From Chitinophaga pinensis (GTDB lineage: Bacteria > Bacteroidota > Bacteroidia > NS11-12g > UBA955), in NCBI GenBank assembly GCA_945871905.1, contig CAMBXL010000004.1:132095-196094 (forward strand): 64,000 bases of DNA, written 5' to 3'. The position numbers were made by a program, and so were the translations under genes. The notes beneath the pieces are model-generated. The model saw only the letters and a list, made by a program, of their open reading frames with translations. It had not been told where the DNA came from and searched no databases. This document shows positions 48,589 to 58,578 of the stretch, piece after piece. Positions within the stretch are counted from its first letter, which is position 1. Each line of letters starts with the position of its first letter.

Positions 48589-50715
48589 TTGACAGAAGAA
48601 CAATTAAACAATGGCAACGTATCAACAGGTGTTGATGCAGCCACAGAAAAACAAACCAAAACCCAGCATTCTAGTAATGCGACCCCAGACAATTCAGACT
48701 TTGACTGGAGTATGGACAACGCAGGATTTTCTAACTACAATTCTGCAGAACGTAAAGCGATGGAAGACCTTTACACTAGCTCTCTTAAAAGTCTGACTCA
48801 AAATGAATTAGTAAACGGAACTGTAGTTGCTTTTAACGACAGAGAAGTTGTTATCAACGTAGGATTTAAATCAGACGGTGTTATTCAACGTAACGAATTT
48901 AGAGACATGCCCGATTTAAAAGTTGGTGACAATGTTGAAGTTTACTTAGAAATTGTTGAAGATGCAAATGGTCAACTAATTTTATCTAGAAAACGTGCTA
49001 TTTTAGAGAAATCTTGGGATTTCATTACTAAAGCAATGGAAGAAGGTACTGTTTTAACAGGTTTAGTAAAAACCAGAACTAAAGGTGGTTTGGTTGTTGA
49101 TTTAATGGGTATAGATGCATTCTTACCTGGTTCTCAAATAGATGTTAAGCCAATTAAAGATTACGATCAGTATGTTGGTAAAGACATGGAGTTCAAAATT
49201 GTAAAAGTTAACGACGTTTTCAAAAATGTTGTAATTTCACATAAAGCATTAATTGAAGATGATATCGAAGCTCAAAAATCTGACATCTTATCTAAATTAG
49301 AAAAAGGTCAAGTATTAGAAGGTGTTGTTAAAAACATCGCACCATTTGGTGTATTCGTTGACTTAGGTGGTATTGATGGATTACTACACATTACAGACAT
49401 GTCATGGGGACGTATCAGCAATCCAGAAGAAATGGTTTCTTTAGATCAAAAAATTACTGTTGTAGTATTAGAATTTGACGAAGGTAAAAAACGTATTTCT
49501 TTAGGTATGAAACAATTATCAGAACACCCTTGGGATAGTTTTGGTGATTCACTTAAAGTGGGCGAAAAAGTTAAAGGTAAAGTAGTAACTGTAACTGATT
49601 ACGGTGCGTTTGTTGAAATTCAACCAGGTGTTGAAGGTTTAATTCACGTTTCTGAAATGAGTTGGAGCAGTCACCTAAGAAGTCCACACGATTTCTTAAA
49701 AACTGGTGATGAAATCGAAGCTGTTATCACTGCTTTAGAAAAAGATGAACACAAATTATCTTTAGGAATTAAACAATTGGCTCAAGATCCTTGGTTATCA
49801 ATCATTGAAAAATACAAAGTTGGAAGCAGACACAGAGGGGTTGTTAAAAACTTAACTTCTTACGGTTTATTTGTTGAACTTGAAGAAGGTGTTGATGGTT
49901 TAATTCACGTTTCTGACTTATCTTGGACTAAAAAAATCAAACATCCTTCAGAATTCATTAAAAAAGATGAGTCTATTGATGTAGTTGTTTTAGAAGTAGA
50001 TAGCGAAAACAGAAGATTATCTTTAGGACACAAACAGTTAGAAGAAAATCCATGGGATACTTTTGAAACAATCTTCTTTGTTAACAGTAAACACGAAGGT
50101 ACAATTGTTGCCATTAACGACAAAGGTGCTAATGTACAATTACAATACGGTATCGAAGGTTTTGCTCCAAAACGTCACCTTGTAAAAGAGAACGGTAGCA
50201 AAATTAAAGATTCTGAAGTATTAGTATTCGAGGTTATTGAATTCAATAAAGAGAACAAAAGCATTATTTTATCTCACACCAACAATTGGAAATCTGAAGA
50301 GAAAAACAAAGATGAAGAGAAAAGTAAAAGCGACAAAGCTGCTAAAATTGTTAAAAACATCAACAAAGCTGCAGATAAATCTACGCTTGGTGAGTTAGAT
50401 GCTTTCAATGATCTTAAAGCAATGTTTGACAATGCTAACGATAAAAAAGATGCTAAAGAAGTAAAAGCGCCTAAAAAAGTAAAAGAAGTTGAAGCTACAA
50501 CAGAGAGTAACGAGACTGATCATTCAGACTTGAAAAAAATCACTGGAATTGGCCCAGCTTTCGAAAAACGTTTAAATGCACTTGGAATTCATTCTTATGC
50601 TGATTTAATTTCATTAACAGACGAGAGAATTGCCGAATTAGAAACTCAAGATAGCATGACTAGCATAGAGACTTGGCATACTTGGATGGAAGAAGCTAAA
50701 AACTTAATGGCCTAA
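48589..50715 (+). CDS. rpsA: 30S ribosomal protein S1 with C-terminal helix-hairpin-helix extension
   Basis: DFDW leader, six S1 repeats (FLPGSQID, GLLHITDMSW, GLIHVSEMSW, GLIHVSDLSW), STLGELDA, then DLKKITGIGP domain. Confidence 0.96.
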   Translation: MTEEQLNNGNVSTGVDAATEKQTKTQHSSNATPDNSDFDWSMDNAGFSNYNSAERKAMEDLYTSSLKSLTQNELVNGTVVAFNDREVVINVGFKSDGVIQRNEFRDMPDLKVGDNVEVYLEIVEDANGQLILSRKRAILEKSWDFITKAMEEGTVLTGLVKTRTKGGLVVDLMGIDAFLPGSQIDVKPIKDYDQYVGKDMEFKIVKVNDVFKNVVISHKALIEDDIEAQKSDILSKLEKGQVLEGVVKNIAPFGVFVDLGGIDGLLHITDMSWGRISNPEEMVSLDQKITVVVLEFDEGKKRISLGMKQLSEHPWDSFGDSLKVGEKVKGKVVTVTDYGAFVEIQPGVEGLIHVSEMSWSSHLRSPHDFLKTGDEIEAVITALEKDEHKLSLGIKQLAQDPWLSIIEKYKVGSRHRGVVKNLTSYGLFVELEEGVDGLIHVSDLSWTKKIKHPSEFIKKDESIDVVVLEVDSENRRLSLGHKQLEENPWDTFETIFFVNSKHEGTIVAINDKGANVQLQYGIEGFAPKRHLVKENGSKIKDSEVLVFEVIEFNKENKSIILSHTNNWKSEEKNKDEEKSKSDKAAKIVKNINKAADKSTLGELDAFNDLKAMFDNANDKKDAKEVKAPKKVKEVEATTESNETDHSDLKKITGIGPAFEKRLNALGIHSYADLISLTDERIAELETQDSMTSIETWHTWMEEAKNLMA

Positions 50716-50736
50716 TCCATTCAATTAAATAACTTT

Positions 50737-50770
50737 AAAAGCTGCCCTCAAAAAGGGCAGCTTTTTTTTT
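50737..50770 (+). terminator. Intrinsic terminator after rpsA
   Basis: AAAAGCTGCCCT-loop-AGGGCAGCTTTTTTTTT. Confidence 0.9.
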
Positions 50771-50838
50771 GTCTATTTTTTAATCCAAGCTGTGAATTAA
50801 CTTTCATTCTATTCAATTAATTTTGTAAAAAATCCGAA

Positions 50839-53073
50839 ATGGCAGATAACGAAGTATCATTGATAGAAAGAGATGAAATTGAGCGTAAAGAAATTTTAAA
50901 AAAATACAAATCTTTACTTCGCTCTATTCGACATGATTTAACAAACGAACAAAAAAAATTGATTCGTTCTGCGTTCGACCTAGCCTTAGATGCACACAAG
51001 GACATGCGCAGAAAATCGGGTGAACCCTACATTTATCACCCTATTGCTGTTGCCAAAATTGCGGCCAGTGAAATTGGTTTAGGCACTACTTCTATCGTGT
51101 GCGCCCTTATTCACGATGTTGTTGAAGATAGTAACTACACCCTGCTCGACATCAAAAGAAAATTTGGCGACAAAATCGCTAAAATTGTAGATGGTTTAAC
51201 CAAAATACAAGAAGTATTTGACCATACAGATAGCATGCAAGCTGAAAATTTCAGAAAAATGCTGCTTACCCTCAGTGACGATGTTAGAGTGATTCTAGTA
51301 AAACTTTGCGACCGATTACACAACATGAGAACTTTGGAAAGCATGAGTCGCAAAAATCAATTGAAAATATCAAGTGAAACCCTTTTTTTATATGCACCCC
51401 TCGCCCACCGTTTAGGTTTGTATAATGTTAAAAGTGAGCTTGAAGACTTGGCTATAAAATACACTCAACGTGATGCCTACAAAGAAATTAGTCAAAAACT
51501 AAATGCAAAAAAAGCAGCACGTGACCGATATATCAAAAAATTCATTGAACCGCTCAGAGATGGATTGGACGAAGCCGGTTTGGTTTATGAAATCAAAGGT
51601 CGACCAAAAAGTATTTATAGCATTCTTAAGAAAATGAATCACCAAGGGATTCCTTTTGAACAAGTTTATGATCTATTTGCGGTTAGAATTATTGTAGACT
51701 CAAAACCAGAAAAGGAAAAAGCAGACTGTTGGACAGCCTACTCTGTGGTAACCGATCGTTACAAACCAAATCCACTGAGAACAAGAGATTGGATAACAAC
51801 ACCCAAAAGCAATGGTTACGAAAGTTTGCACTCCACTGTAATGGCAAGCGATGGTAAATGGGTTGAGGTGCAAATACGAACCAAACGGATGGATGAAATT
51901 GCTGAAAAAGGTTACGCAGCCCATTGGAAATATAAAAACTCAATGGATGGCATTATCCAAAGCAAGTCGGAAGGTGTAGATGGTTGGTTGGCGAGAGTCA
52001 AAGAAGTACTAGAAAATCCGTCAAGCAATGCTTTAGAATTTTTAGATGATTTTAAACTACAACTAATTCACGATGAAATATTTGTTTTTACACCGGGAGG
52101 CGATTTAAAAAAGCTCCCTGTTGGTGCTACTGCGCTTGACTTTGCATTTGAGATACATACCGAAGTTGGGAACAAATGTATTGGGGCTAAATTAAACAAT
52201 AAACTTGTCCCTATCAGTCATGTGTTGACCAATGGCGACCAAGTGGAAATTCTAACTTCAGAAAAACAACATCCCAAAGAAGAGTGGCTCAATTCTGTAG
52301 TTACCGGAAAAGCGATTGCTAGAATTAGAAATTACCTAAGAGAACACAAACGTATAGCTGCTGAAGAAGGAAAAGAAATTCTAAAAAAACGCTTTTCTAA
52401 AGAAAAATTTACGTTCAATGATGACAACGTTCAAAAAATCGTAAAATTCTTTAAAATACAAAGTCAACTTGATTTGTATTTCAACATCCAAAAAGGATTA
52501 ATCAGTCAGGACAAGTTAGACATTGACAGTATTTTGAATTTCAAACCCAATGTTAATAAGCTTGTAAAACCAATCAAAGTAAAAGAGAAAGCGAGTGCAT
52601 CGGGCAGTAAAAATGAAATTATTGTGGGCGAAGACAACGATCTAAGTTACACTTTATCCAAATGTTGCAATCCAATTCCTGGAGATGATATTTTTGGGTT
52701 TATTACTATAGGCGAAGGAGTTAAAATTCACAGGACTAATTGCCCTAATGCAGTTTCATTGATGAGTAACTATGGCTACAGAGTAATAAAAGCACAATGG
52801 AAAGAAAATTTAATTAAACAAGAAACTAAGTTTTTGGCAATTATTAAAATTATAGGTATAGATGATGTGGGCGTTGTGAGTAGTTTAGCCGATATTATTA
52901 GTAAAAACTTGGAAGTAAACATGAAATCTATCACTATTGAAAGTAACGAAGGAACCTTTGAGGGAACTATTTCTGTGTACGTCGAGGACACGCAACACTT
53001 GGATTTAATGATGAAAAAGATACAAGAAAAACATCCAACTATGCAAATCAGCAGAGTGGACATAAACAAATAA
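50839..53073 (+). CDS. rel: Bifunctional (p)ppGpp synthetase/hydrolase (long RSH)
   Basis: RKSGEPYIYHP, intact HD motif (IHDVVED), DRLHNMRT, NGYESLH, EVQIRT, TGS, CC (KCCNPIPGD) and ACT domains. Confidence 0.95.
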   Translation: MADNEVSLIERDEIERKEILKKYKSLLRSIRHDLTNEQKKLIRSAFDLALDAHKDMRRKSGEPYIYHPIAVAKIAASEIGLGTTSIVCALIHDVVEDSNYTLLDIKRKFGDKIAKIVDGLTKIQEVFDHTDSMQAENFRKMLLTLSDDVRVILVKLCDRLHNMRTLESMSRKNQLKISSETLFLYAPLAHRLGLYNVKSELEDLAIKYTQRDAYKEISQKLNAKKAARDRYIKKFIEPLRDGLDEAGLVYEIKGRPKSIYSILKKMNHQGIPFEQVYDLFAVRIIVDSKPEKEKADCWTAYSVVTDRYKPNPLRTRDWITTPKSNGYESLHSTVMASDGKWVEVQIRTKRMDEIAEKGYAAHWKYKNSMDGIIQSKSEGVDGWLARVKEVLENPSSNALEFLDDFKLQLIHDEIFVFTPGGDLKKLPVGATALDFAFEIHTEVGNKCIGAKLNNKLVPISHVLTNGDQVEILTSEKQHPKEEWLNSVVTGKAIARIRNYLREHKRIAAEEGKEILKKRFSKEKFTFNDDNVQKIVKFFKIQSQLDLYFNIQKGLISQDKLDIDSILNFKPNVNKLVKPIKVKEKASASGSKNEIIVGEDNDLSYTLSKCCNPIPGDDIFGFITIGEGVKIHRTNCPNAVSLMSNYGYRVIKAQWKENLIKQETKFLAIIKIIGIDDVGVVSSLADIISKNLEVNMKSITIESNEGTFEGTISVYVEDTQHLDLMMKKIQEKHPTMQISRVDINK

Positions 53074-53160
53074 TTAAGAACAATATAGAGAAAATTTGAG
53101 TTAAAATTCATTAACTTTGCAACGCACTATTTAAACCAAAAAGAAGCATTATAATATCCT

Positions 53161-53868
53161 ATGGGAAGAGTATTTGAGAAAAGAAAACACACGATGTTTG
53201 CCCGATTTGACAAAATGTCTAAAACATTCACCAAATTCGGCAAAGAAATAGCTATGGCTGTAAAGGGTGGAGGAGTTGATCCTGACACTAATTCTAAATT
53301 AAGAGTTGTTATTGCCAATGCTAAAAGTGCAAACATGCCTAAAGACAGAATTGAGGCAGCCATTAAGCGTTCATCTAACAAAGATACAAGTAACTACGAA
53401 GAGGTAGCTTACGAGGCAATGTGTATGAAAGGCATTGGATTAATTATTGAGACCGCTACCGACAATCCAACAAGAACAGTAGCAAATATCAGAATGCACC
53501 TAAACCGTGGTGGTGGTGAATTGGGTAAATCAGGTTGCTTGGATTTTGCATTTGATAGAAAAAGTATTTTTATCATCAATACTGATGGCGTTAATACAGA
53601 AGAACTTGAATTGGAATTAATAGACGCAGGATTAGAAGACATTGAAATTGAAGGAAATGAAATGGTGCTAACTGCATCGTTTGAAAACTTCGGTAACATG
53701 CAAAAAGCACTTGAATCAAAAGGACTAACAATAGTGAGTGCTGAACTACAAAGAATTCCAACAAGTTTAGTGAATTTAAATGAAGAAGAAAAACTACAAG
53801 TTGAAAAACTTATTGAACGTTTAGAAGAAGATGATGACGTTCAAAATGTATACTCTAATATGGCTTAA
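53161..53868 (+). CDS. yebC: YebC/PmpR family protein
   Basis: Motifs GG.DPDTN..LR, NMPKD.IE.AI, TDNPTRT and LEEDDDVQNVY.N. Confidence 0.93.
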   Translation: MGRVFEKRKHTMFARFDKMSKTFTKFGKEIAMAVKGGGVDPDTNSKLRVVIANAKSANMPKDRIEAAIKRSSNKDTSNYEEVAYEAMCMKGIGLIIETATDNPTRTVANIRMHLNRGGGELGKSGCLDFAFDRKSIFIINTDGVNTEELELELIDAGLEDIEIEGNEMVLTASFENFGNMQKALESKGLTIVSAELQRIPTSLVNLNEEEKLQVEKLIERLEEDDDVQNVYSNMA

Positions 53869-53889
53869 TAAAAAAACAACAACATTCAA

Positions 53890-54777
53890 ATGAATAGAAC
53901 TAACAACAACAACATTTTAGTCCCAACAGATTTTTCTGACGTAGCAAACAATGCTTTAGGACATGCCCTCAAAATTGCTGAAGTTTATGGCAATGAAATT
54001 ACATTAATTAATGTACAAGATGAAGGTGGATTATTCGGATTATTTGGTAACGACGAAAAAATGAAATTAATTGAAGAAGCCATTAATTCTCGTTTGGACA
54101 AAGTTATTTCAGAATCTCAAAAATCATTTCCTAATGTAAAAATTAACAAAAGAATCGCTTATGGTAAAGTGTATAAAGTTGTTAATGAAATTGCTGAAGA
54201 AGAAAATTTTGACAGTATCATGATGGGTACAAACGGTGCAAGTGGATTACAACAAATTATTGGAAGTAATTCAAGCAGAGTAATTAATTATGCTAAAGTT
54301 CCCGTAATAGTTATCAAAGACCAACCGATTGGTAAAAATGGTTACGAAAAAATTGTATTGCCAATCGATTTGTCAAGAGAAAGTAGACAGAAATTAAAAT
54401 GGGCAATCCATGTGGCTAAAAAATTCAATAGCACCATCCATGTTATTTATGAAAACTTTACGGATTCTGAATACAAAAACAAAATTTTTGCAGTTATCAA
54501 CCAAACTCAAGACATATTATCTCAAAACAATGCCAATTACATAGTGAGAGGTCTGGATGATGACAAATACCCGGATAGTTTTGCCGAAGACACACTTAAC
54601 TACGCCGATGAAATTGGCGCTGACTTAGTGATAATAATGACACAACAAGAAAAAGGATTCAGTGAATTTTTACTAGGTAGCTACGCACAACAAATTGTAA
54701 ACCACAGTGGTAAAGTTCCTGTAATGTGTATCAACAGTGGTAGCACTGGAATTATCCTAGACGGTGTATTTAGTTAA
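53890..54777 (+). CDS. Tandem-domain universal stress protein
   Basis: Motifs ILVPTDFS, MGTNGASG..IIGSNS..V..PV, IVLPID and LLGSYAQQIVN..PV. Confidence 0.9.
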   Translation: MNRTNNNNILVPTDFSDVANNALGHALKIAEVYGNEITLINVQDEGGLFGLFGNDEKMKLIEEAINSRLDKVISESQKSFPNVKINKRIAYGKVYKVVNEIAEEENFDSIMMGTNGASGLQQIIGSNSSRVINYAKVPVIVIKDQPIGKNGYEKIVLPIDLSRESRQKLKWAIHVAKKFNSTIHVIYENFTDSEYKNKIFAVINQTQDILSQNNANYIVRGLDDDKYPDSFAEDTLNYADEIGADLVIIMTQQEKGFSEFLLGSYAQQIVNHSGKVPVMCINSGSTGIILDGVFS

Positions 54778-54801
54778 TATCTAAATACCCTATATTTATC
54801 T

Positions 54802-54837
54802 AAAACAGCTTACTCATTCAGTAAGCTGTTTTTTTTT
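54802..54837 (+). terminator. Intrinsic terminator after the usp gene
   Basis: AAAACAGCTTACT-loop-AGTAAGCTGTTTTTTTTT. Confidence 0.88.
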
Positions 54838-54924
54838 GAATTTGGAGATTTGGATATGATTCTATTAATTTGTGAGCGTTAATTCATTAAATAAGTCTGC
54901 TAAATAATGAATTAACTGAATAAA

Positions 54925-55674
54925 ATGAAAAAAACAATTCTACTTTTTGCACTCAACTCATTACTTTTAAGTAATTTATTTTCTCAAGAAAAAAATGAAC
55001 GTAAAGGATATTCGTCTATTATTTTAGGCGCTAGTATTCCAACCGGAAACTTTAAAAGCGAAAACTTCTATAACAATGAAGCAGGTTATGCCAATGGCGG
55101 AATTCTTTTTGATATTGCTTTTGCCTATAATTTTCATCCAAAACTTGGCGTTAAATCAATAATGCGAGGACAAGCCAACCCTTTAGATGCAGGAACTTAT
55201 GCTCAAGACTTAGCTGATTTCCTAGGTGAAGATTATGCTGCAGGTTCAACAACAGTTAGCGTTCAGTCTTCTGTTTATTCATTAGGTGGAATGCTAGTTG
55301 GACTAAATGGCTCTTTTCCAATTGAAAAAAACATCAAATTCGAACCATATGCTTTAATAGGACTTTCTACCGCAACTTTACCTTCAATGATGGTTGAATC
55401 TTTTTATTACCAAAATAAAATGAATTCTATTTACCAAGAACAAGCAACAACAAATTCATTCTCTTATATTATTGGTGCTTCTGCTAAATTAAACTTATCT
55501 GAACAAATCTGCTTATTGCTAAATTTAGATTATTATGCATCAAAAGCCGAATGGAATAATGTGAGAGTTATAACTGTAGGACATGTTTCTAGAACAACAG
55601 AAGTAAGAAATTACAGATATGAACAAAAATTCAGTACAATAAATTTAAGTGGTGGAGTTGGTTTTAGATTTTAA
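54925..55674 (+). CDS. Outer-membrane beta-barrel protein (OmpA-TM/porin-like)
   Basis: Signal peptide, GASIPTGNF, amphipathic strands and C-terminal GGVGFRF. Confidence 0.7.
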   Translation: MKKTILLFALNSLLLSNLFSQEKNERKGYSSIILGASIPTGNFKSENFYNNEAGYANGGILFDIAFAYNFHPKLGVKSIMRGQANPLDAGTYAQDLADFLGEDYAAGSTTVSVQSSVYSLGGMLVGLNGSFPIEKNIKFEPYALIGLSTATLPSMMVESFYYQNKMNSIYQEQATTNSFSYIIGASAKLNLSEQICLLLNLDYYASKAEWNNVRVITVGHVSRTTEVRNYRYEQKFSTINLSGGVGFRF

Positions 55675-55758
55675 GAGTTAATATCTATTTTGACACCTGT
55701 TTCAATATTATTGTTAATTTTAAATATAATTTGATTTCTTTGCAATACCATTAATCTT

Positions 55759-56538
55759 ATGAAAATTTACTATTTTAATACATACATTTATCTTCTTTTA
55801 CTTGTTCCTTTTTTATTCAGCGCTTGTGAAAAAGAAGACAAAAGACTCCCTATTCTTCTAACCTATGAGGCCAAAGATATTTCTAGATCAAGAGCCGTAG
55901 TTTCTGGTAAATTAGTTATTGAATTCACCAAAACGGTTACTGAGTTAGGATTTTGTTGGGACGAAAACCCCAATCCCGGACTGAGTTCAAACACTCTCAT
56001 TCTTGAAGATTACACAATTGGCGAGGATTTTGAAACTGATATAACTGGACTTAAACCTAATACCACTTATTATCTTAGAACTTATGCTAAAGCAGGTTCT
56101 GATTTGACTTTTGGTGATGAAGTTACTTTTACAACTACTAATTTACCCATAAGTACACCCTGTCAACCTGAAGACAACTTACTGATAATTAATTCTGAAG
56201 AACACAGGTATAGTAATGTATATCACCCCTATTCAGGAGGAAACGGTGGTTACACTTTTTATGTTGGTGGTTCAAGAAGTGATATCTATATTACCTTTCA
56301 ACAAAAGCCTGAAACTGGTAAATATGTGATACAAAATTACTCTACAAGTTATTGGAATCCAAATGGATGTAAAATAAGAGCCACTCTCTTAAATCAAGTA
56401 TTTTATGCAACTGAAGATGATGATGTCTATGTTGATAATGATGGAAATGGGAACTTTATTATTACTTTTTGTGATAACTATTTCAGTTATAGTACAACTT
56501 TTTTCTTACCCTTTAATGGTCGATTGGTTACTAACTAA
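55759..56538 (+). CDS. Lipoprotein with FN3-like domain
   Basis: Lipobox FSA-CEKED, ELGFCW..NP and ITGLKPNTTYYLRTYA. Confidence 0.72.
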   Translation: MKIYYFNTYIYLLLLVPFLFSACEKEDKRLPILLTYEAKDISRSRAVVSGKLVIEFTKTVTELGFCWDENPNPGLSSNTLILEDYTIGEDFETDITGLKPNTTYYLRTYAKAGSDLTFGDEVTFTTTNLPISTPCQPEDNLLIINSEEHRYSNVYHPYSGGNGGYTFYVGGSRSDIYITFQQKPETGKYVIQNYSTSYWNPNGCKIRATLLNQVFYATEDDDVYVDNDGNGNFIITFCDNYFSYSTTFFLPFNGRLVTN

Positions 56539-57248
56539 CCTATAGAACAAGCAATGTAAGAAATACACAAAGCCATTAAAATAACCAACCATCTTTTTAA
56601 TCCTTCTTTTTTCCAAAGGGAATGTTCAAAAACAATAGTGGTACTGATATGTAAAAATGTTCCTGCAATAATGGCCGTAATAACTTGTGACATGTGTTCA
56701 CTAATTAAGTTTTCGTCGTGCAAATAGGAACCCAAGGTAAATCCAATCGATGTTGCCAATGCGTAACTAATTAGTAATAAATTCAATACTTTTTTATTAC
56801 TAAACTTTGATGCTAATAATACCGATAAAGCAAACGATGCCGGAATTTCATGTATAGAAATACCCACAACCATCCCACTTATAATACTGGTATTTAAGTA
56901 ATTACTCAAACCTGCAGAATAACCTTCGAAAAAGGCGTGCAAAAACAACCCTACAAACAATACATAAATGTTTTTGGGAATTTCATTTTTGTGAATGTGT
57001 CCATGTCCAATACCTCCTGTAAATTTTTCGAGTACTATTTGAAATAAAAATCCAACCGCTAACCAAATGCCAGCCTGTTTAATATTGTCAAACAATTCGG
57101 GTAACAATCCAAACAAAGCAATCCCAAACAAAAAAGCACCACTGAATAAAATGGTATTACCTATAAATTTATTAGCCTTTAACTTTAAATAATAACTGAG
57201 AGAAATACCAATAATAGGACCTGAAAGTAAAATAAGTTGAGGAATCAT
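56535..57248 (-). CDS. ZIP-family divalent metal transporter
   Basis: Motifs HGHIH, LHAFFEG, IHEIP and GTFLHIST. Confidence 0.85.
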   Translation of the reverse strand: MIPQLILLSGPIIGISLSYYLKLKANKFIGNTILFSGAFLFGIALFGLLPELFDNIKQAGIWLAVGFLFQIVLEKFTGGIGHGHIHKNEIPKNIYVLFVGLFLHAFFEGYSAGLSNYLNTSIISGMVVGISIHEIPASFALSVLLASKFSNKKVLNLLLISYALATSIGFTLGSYLHDENLISEHMSQVITAIIAGTFLHISTTIVFEHSLWKKEGLKRWLVILMALCISYIACSIG

Positions 57249-57805
57249 GATTTTGAAGAAAGTCGTTGTGAAGAAAAAATATAAAGTTTGTAAAATATAA
57301 ACCCAATTAATGCGCCTAATAATGCCCCTACAATTACATCGGAGGGATAATGAACACCATTGTAAATCCTACTAAATGCAATTAAAAAAGCCCAAGTGAA
57401 CCAAAAAACTGTATTTTTAAGGTTTTTAAAACCGTATAATAAAACAAAGAAAACAGCAACCGCAAAATGATTAGCGGCATGTGATGAAGGCATACTTCCA
57501 TTGTTTCCACAATTCACCAAAACATTGGGAGTCAGTGACAACTCATGACATGGCCTTGTTCTCTCAAACATTGGCTTAAACACTTTACTGCTTATAAAAT
57601 CAGAAGCCGAAGCTGCAAGGATAACCGACAGTAAAATCAAAAGTGACTTTTTTTTGTACTCTTTGGTCAACAAAAAGATAACTAACACATAAAATGGAAT
57701 CCAAAAAAGTTTATCGGAAAACTTGACCATCAAAAAATCAAACACACCATTCGAAAGGGTTTTGTTTATAAACTTAAAAAGTGCTATGTCAATTGATTCT
57801 ATCAT
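57245..57805 (-). CDS. PAP2-family phosphatase
   Basis: Motifs K..FERTRP, PSSHA and SRIYNGVHYPSDV. Confidence 0.9.
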   Translation of the reverse strand: MIESIDIALFKFINKTLSNGVFDFLMVKFSDKLFWIPFYVLVIFLLTKEYKKKSLLILLSVILAASASDFISSKVFKPMFERTRPCHELSLTPNVLVNCGNNGSMPSSHAANHFAVAVFFVLLYGFKNLKNTVFWFTWAFLIAFSRIYNGVHYPSDVIVGALLGALIGFIFYKLYIFSSQRLSSKS

Positions 57806-58527
57806 ATTTTTTCGGATATTAAGATAAGACGGTCTGAACTTCTAGGATTGTAGGTATTTAATTGATAATCGCCATAAAGATGCTTTATTTTAAAACCAAC
57901 CTTTTGATACATTTGCTCAAAATCAGAAAGAGTAAACAATGTTACTTCCTCGCTAAATTCATAAGTCTCCTGCCCTACTTCAAATGAAATATTTTTAATA
58001 ATCTGTTGTTCAATAATAGTTCGGGTTATTTCAAACACTACATCACCCCTTTTTATCGTTTCTTTTTCTACTAAATTTTTGATTACAATTTCTGCATTCA
58101 AAAAGTCTTGAACGAAAATCGCACCCGGTTTTAAATTCTCATAAACACTGTTTAATGTCTGGATATTGTCATTTTTATCGACAAAGTAACCAAAACTTGT
58201 AAATAAATTGAGGACCGCATCAAATTCATTTTTCTTAAAAACTTGACGCATATCGTGTACAAAAAAATGGGTTAAATCAGACTTTATTTGCTTGGCTATT
58301 TGAATGTTGTTGGGACTCAAATCTACCCCTACTGTGTTGTAACCCAACTGAGCCATAGTCCTAGAATGACGGCCGTTTCCACATGCCAAATCTAATAATT
58401 TTGCAGAGGGTTCTATGGTTAAATTGTTAAACAATTGGGTCAAAAAATCGACCGCTTCCTTGTCATCCCTTTTTTTATAGAGTAAATGATAATAGGGACT
58501 GTCAAACCATTCTTTAAACCACGCCAT
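57802..58527 (-). CDS. Class I SAM-dependent methyltransferase
   Basis: Motifs WF.SPYYH.LY, LLDLACGNGRH, HDMR and NLFTSFGYF. Confidence 0.9.
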   Translation of the reverse strand: MAWFKEWFDSPYYHLLYKKRDDKEAVDFLTQLFNNLTIEPSAKLLDLACGNGRHSRTMAQLGYNTVGVDLSPNNIQIAKQIKSDLTHFFVHDMRQVFKKNEFDAVLNLFTSFGYFVDKNDNIQTLNSVYENLKPGAIFVQDFLNAEIVIKNLVEKETIKRGDVVFEITRTIIEQQIIKNISFEVGQETYEFSEEVTLFTLSDFEQMYQKVGFKIKHLYGDYQLNTYNPRSSDRLILISEKI

Positions 58528-58578
58528 TTTAAAAACGTTGCAAATTAAAATATTAAATCCTACTTTCGCATTAATATT

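Noticed and set aside
50839-54777. rel-yebC-usp as a novel stress or toxin-antitoxin module
   Set aside because: Rel is a canonical long RSH with an intact HD domain, not a toxSAS. yebC and usp are ordinary core genes.
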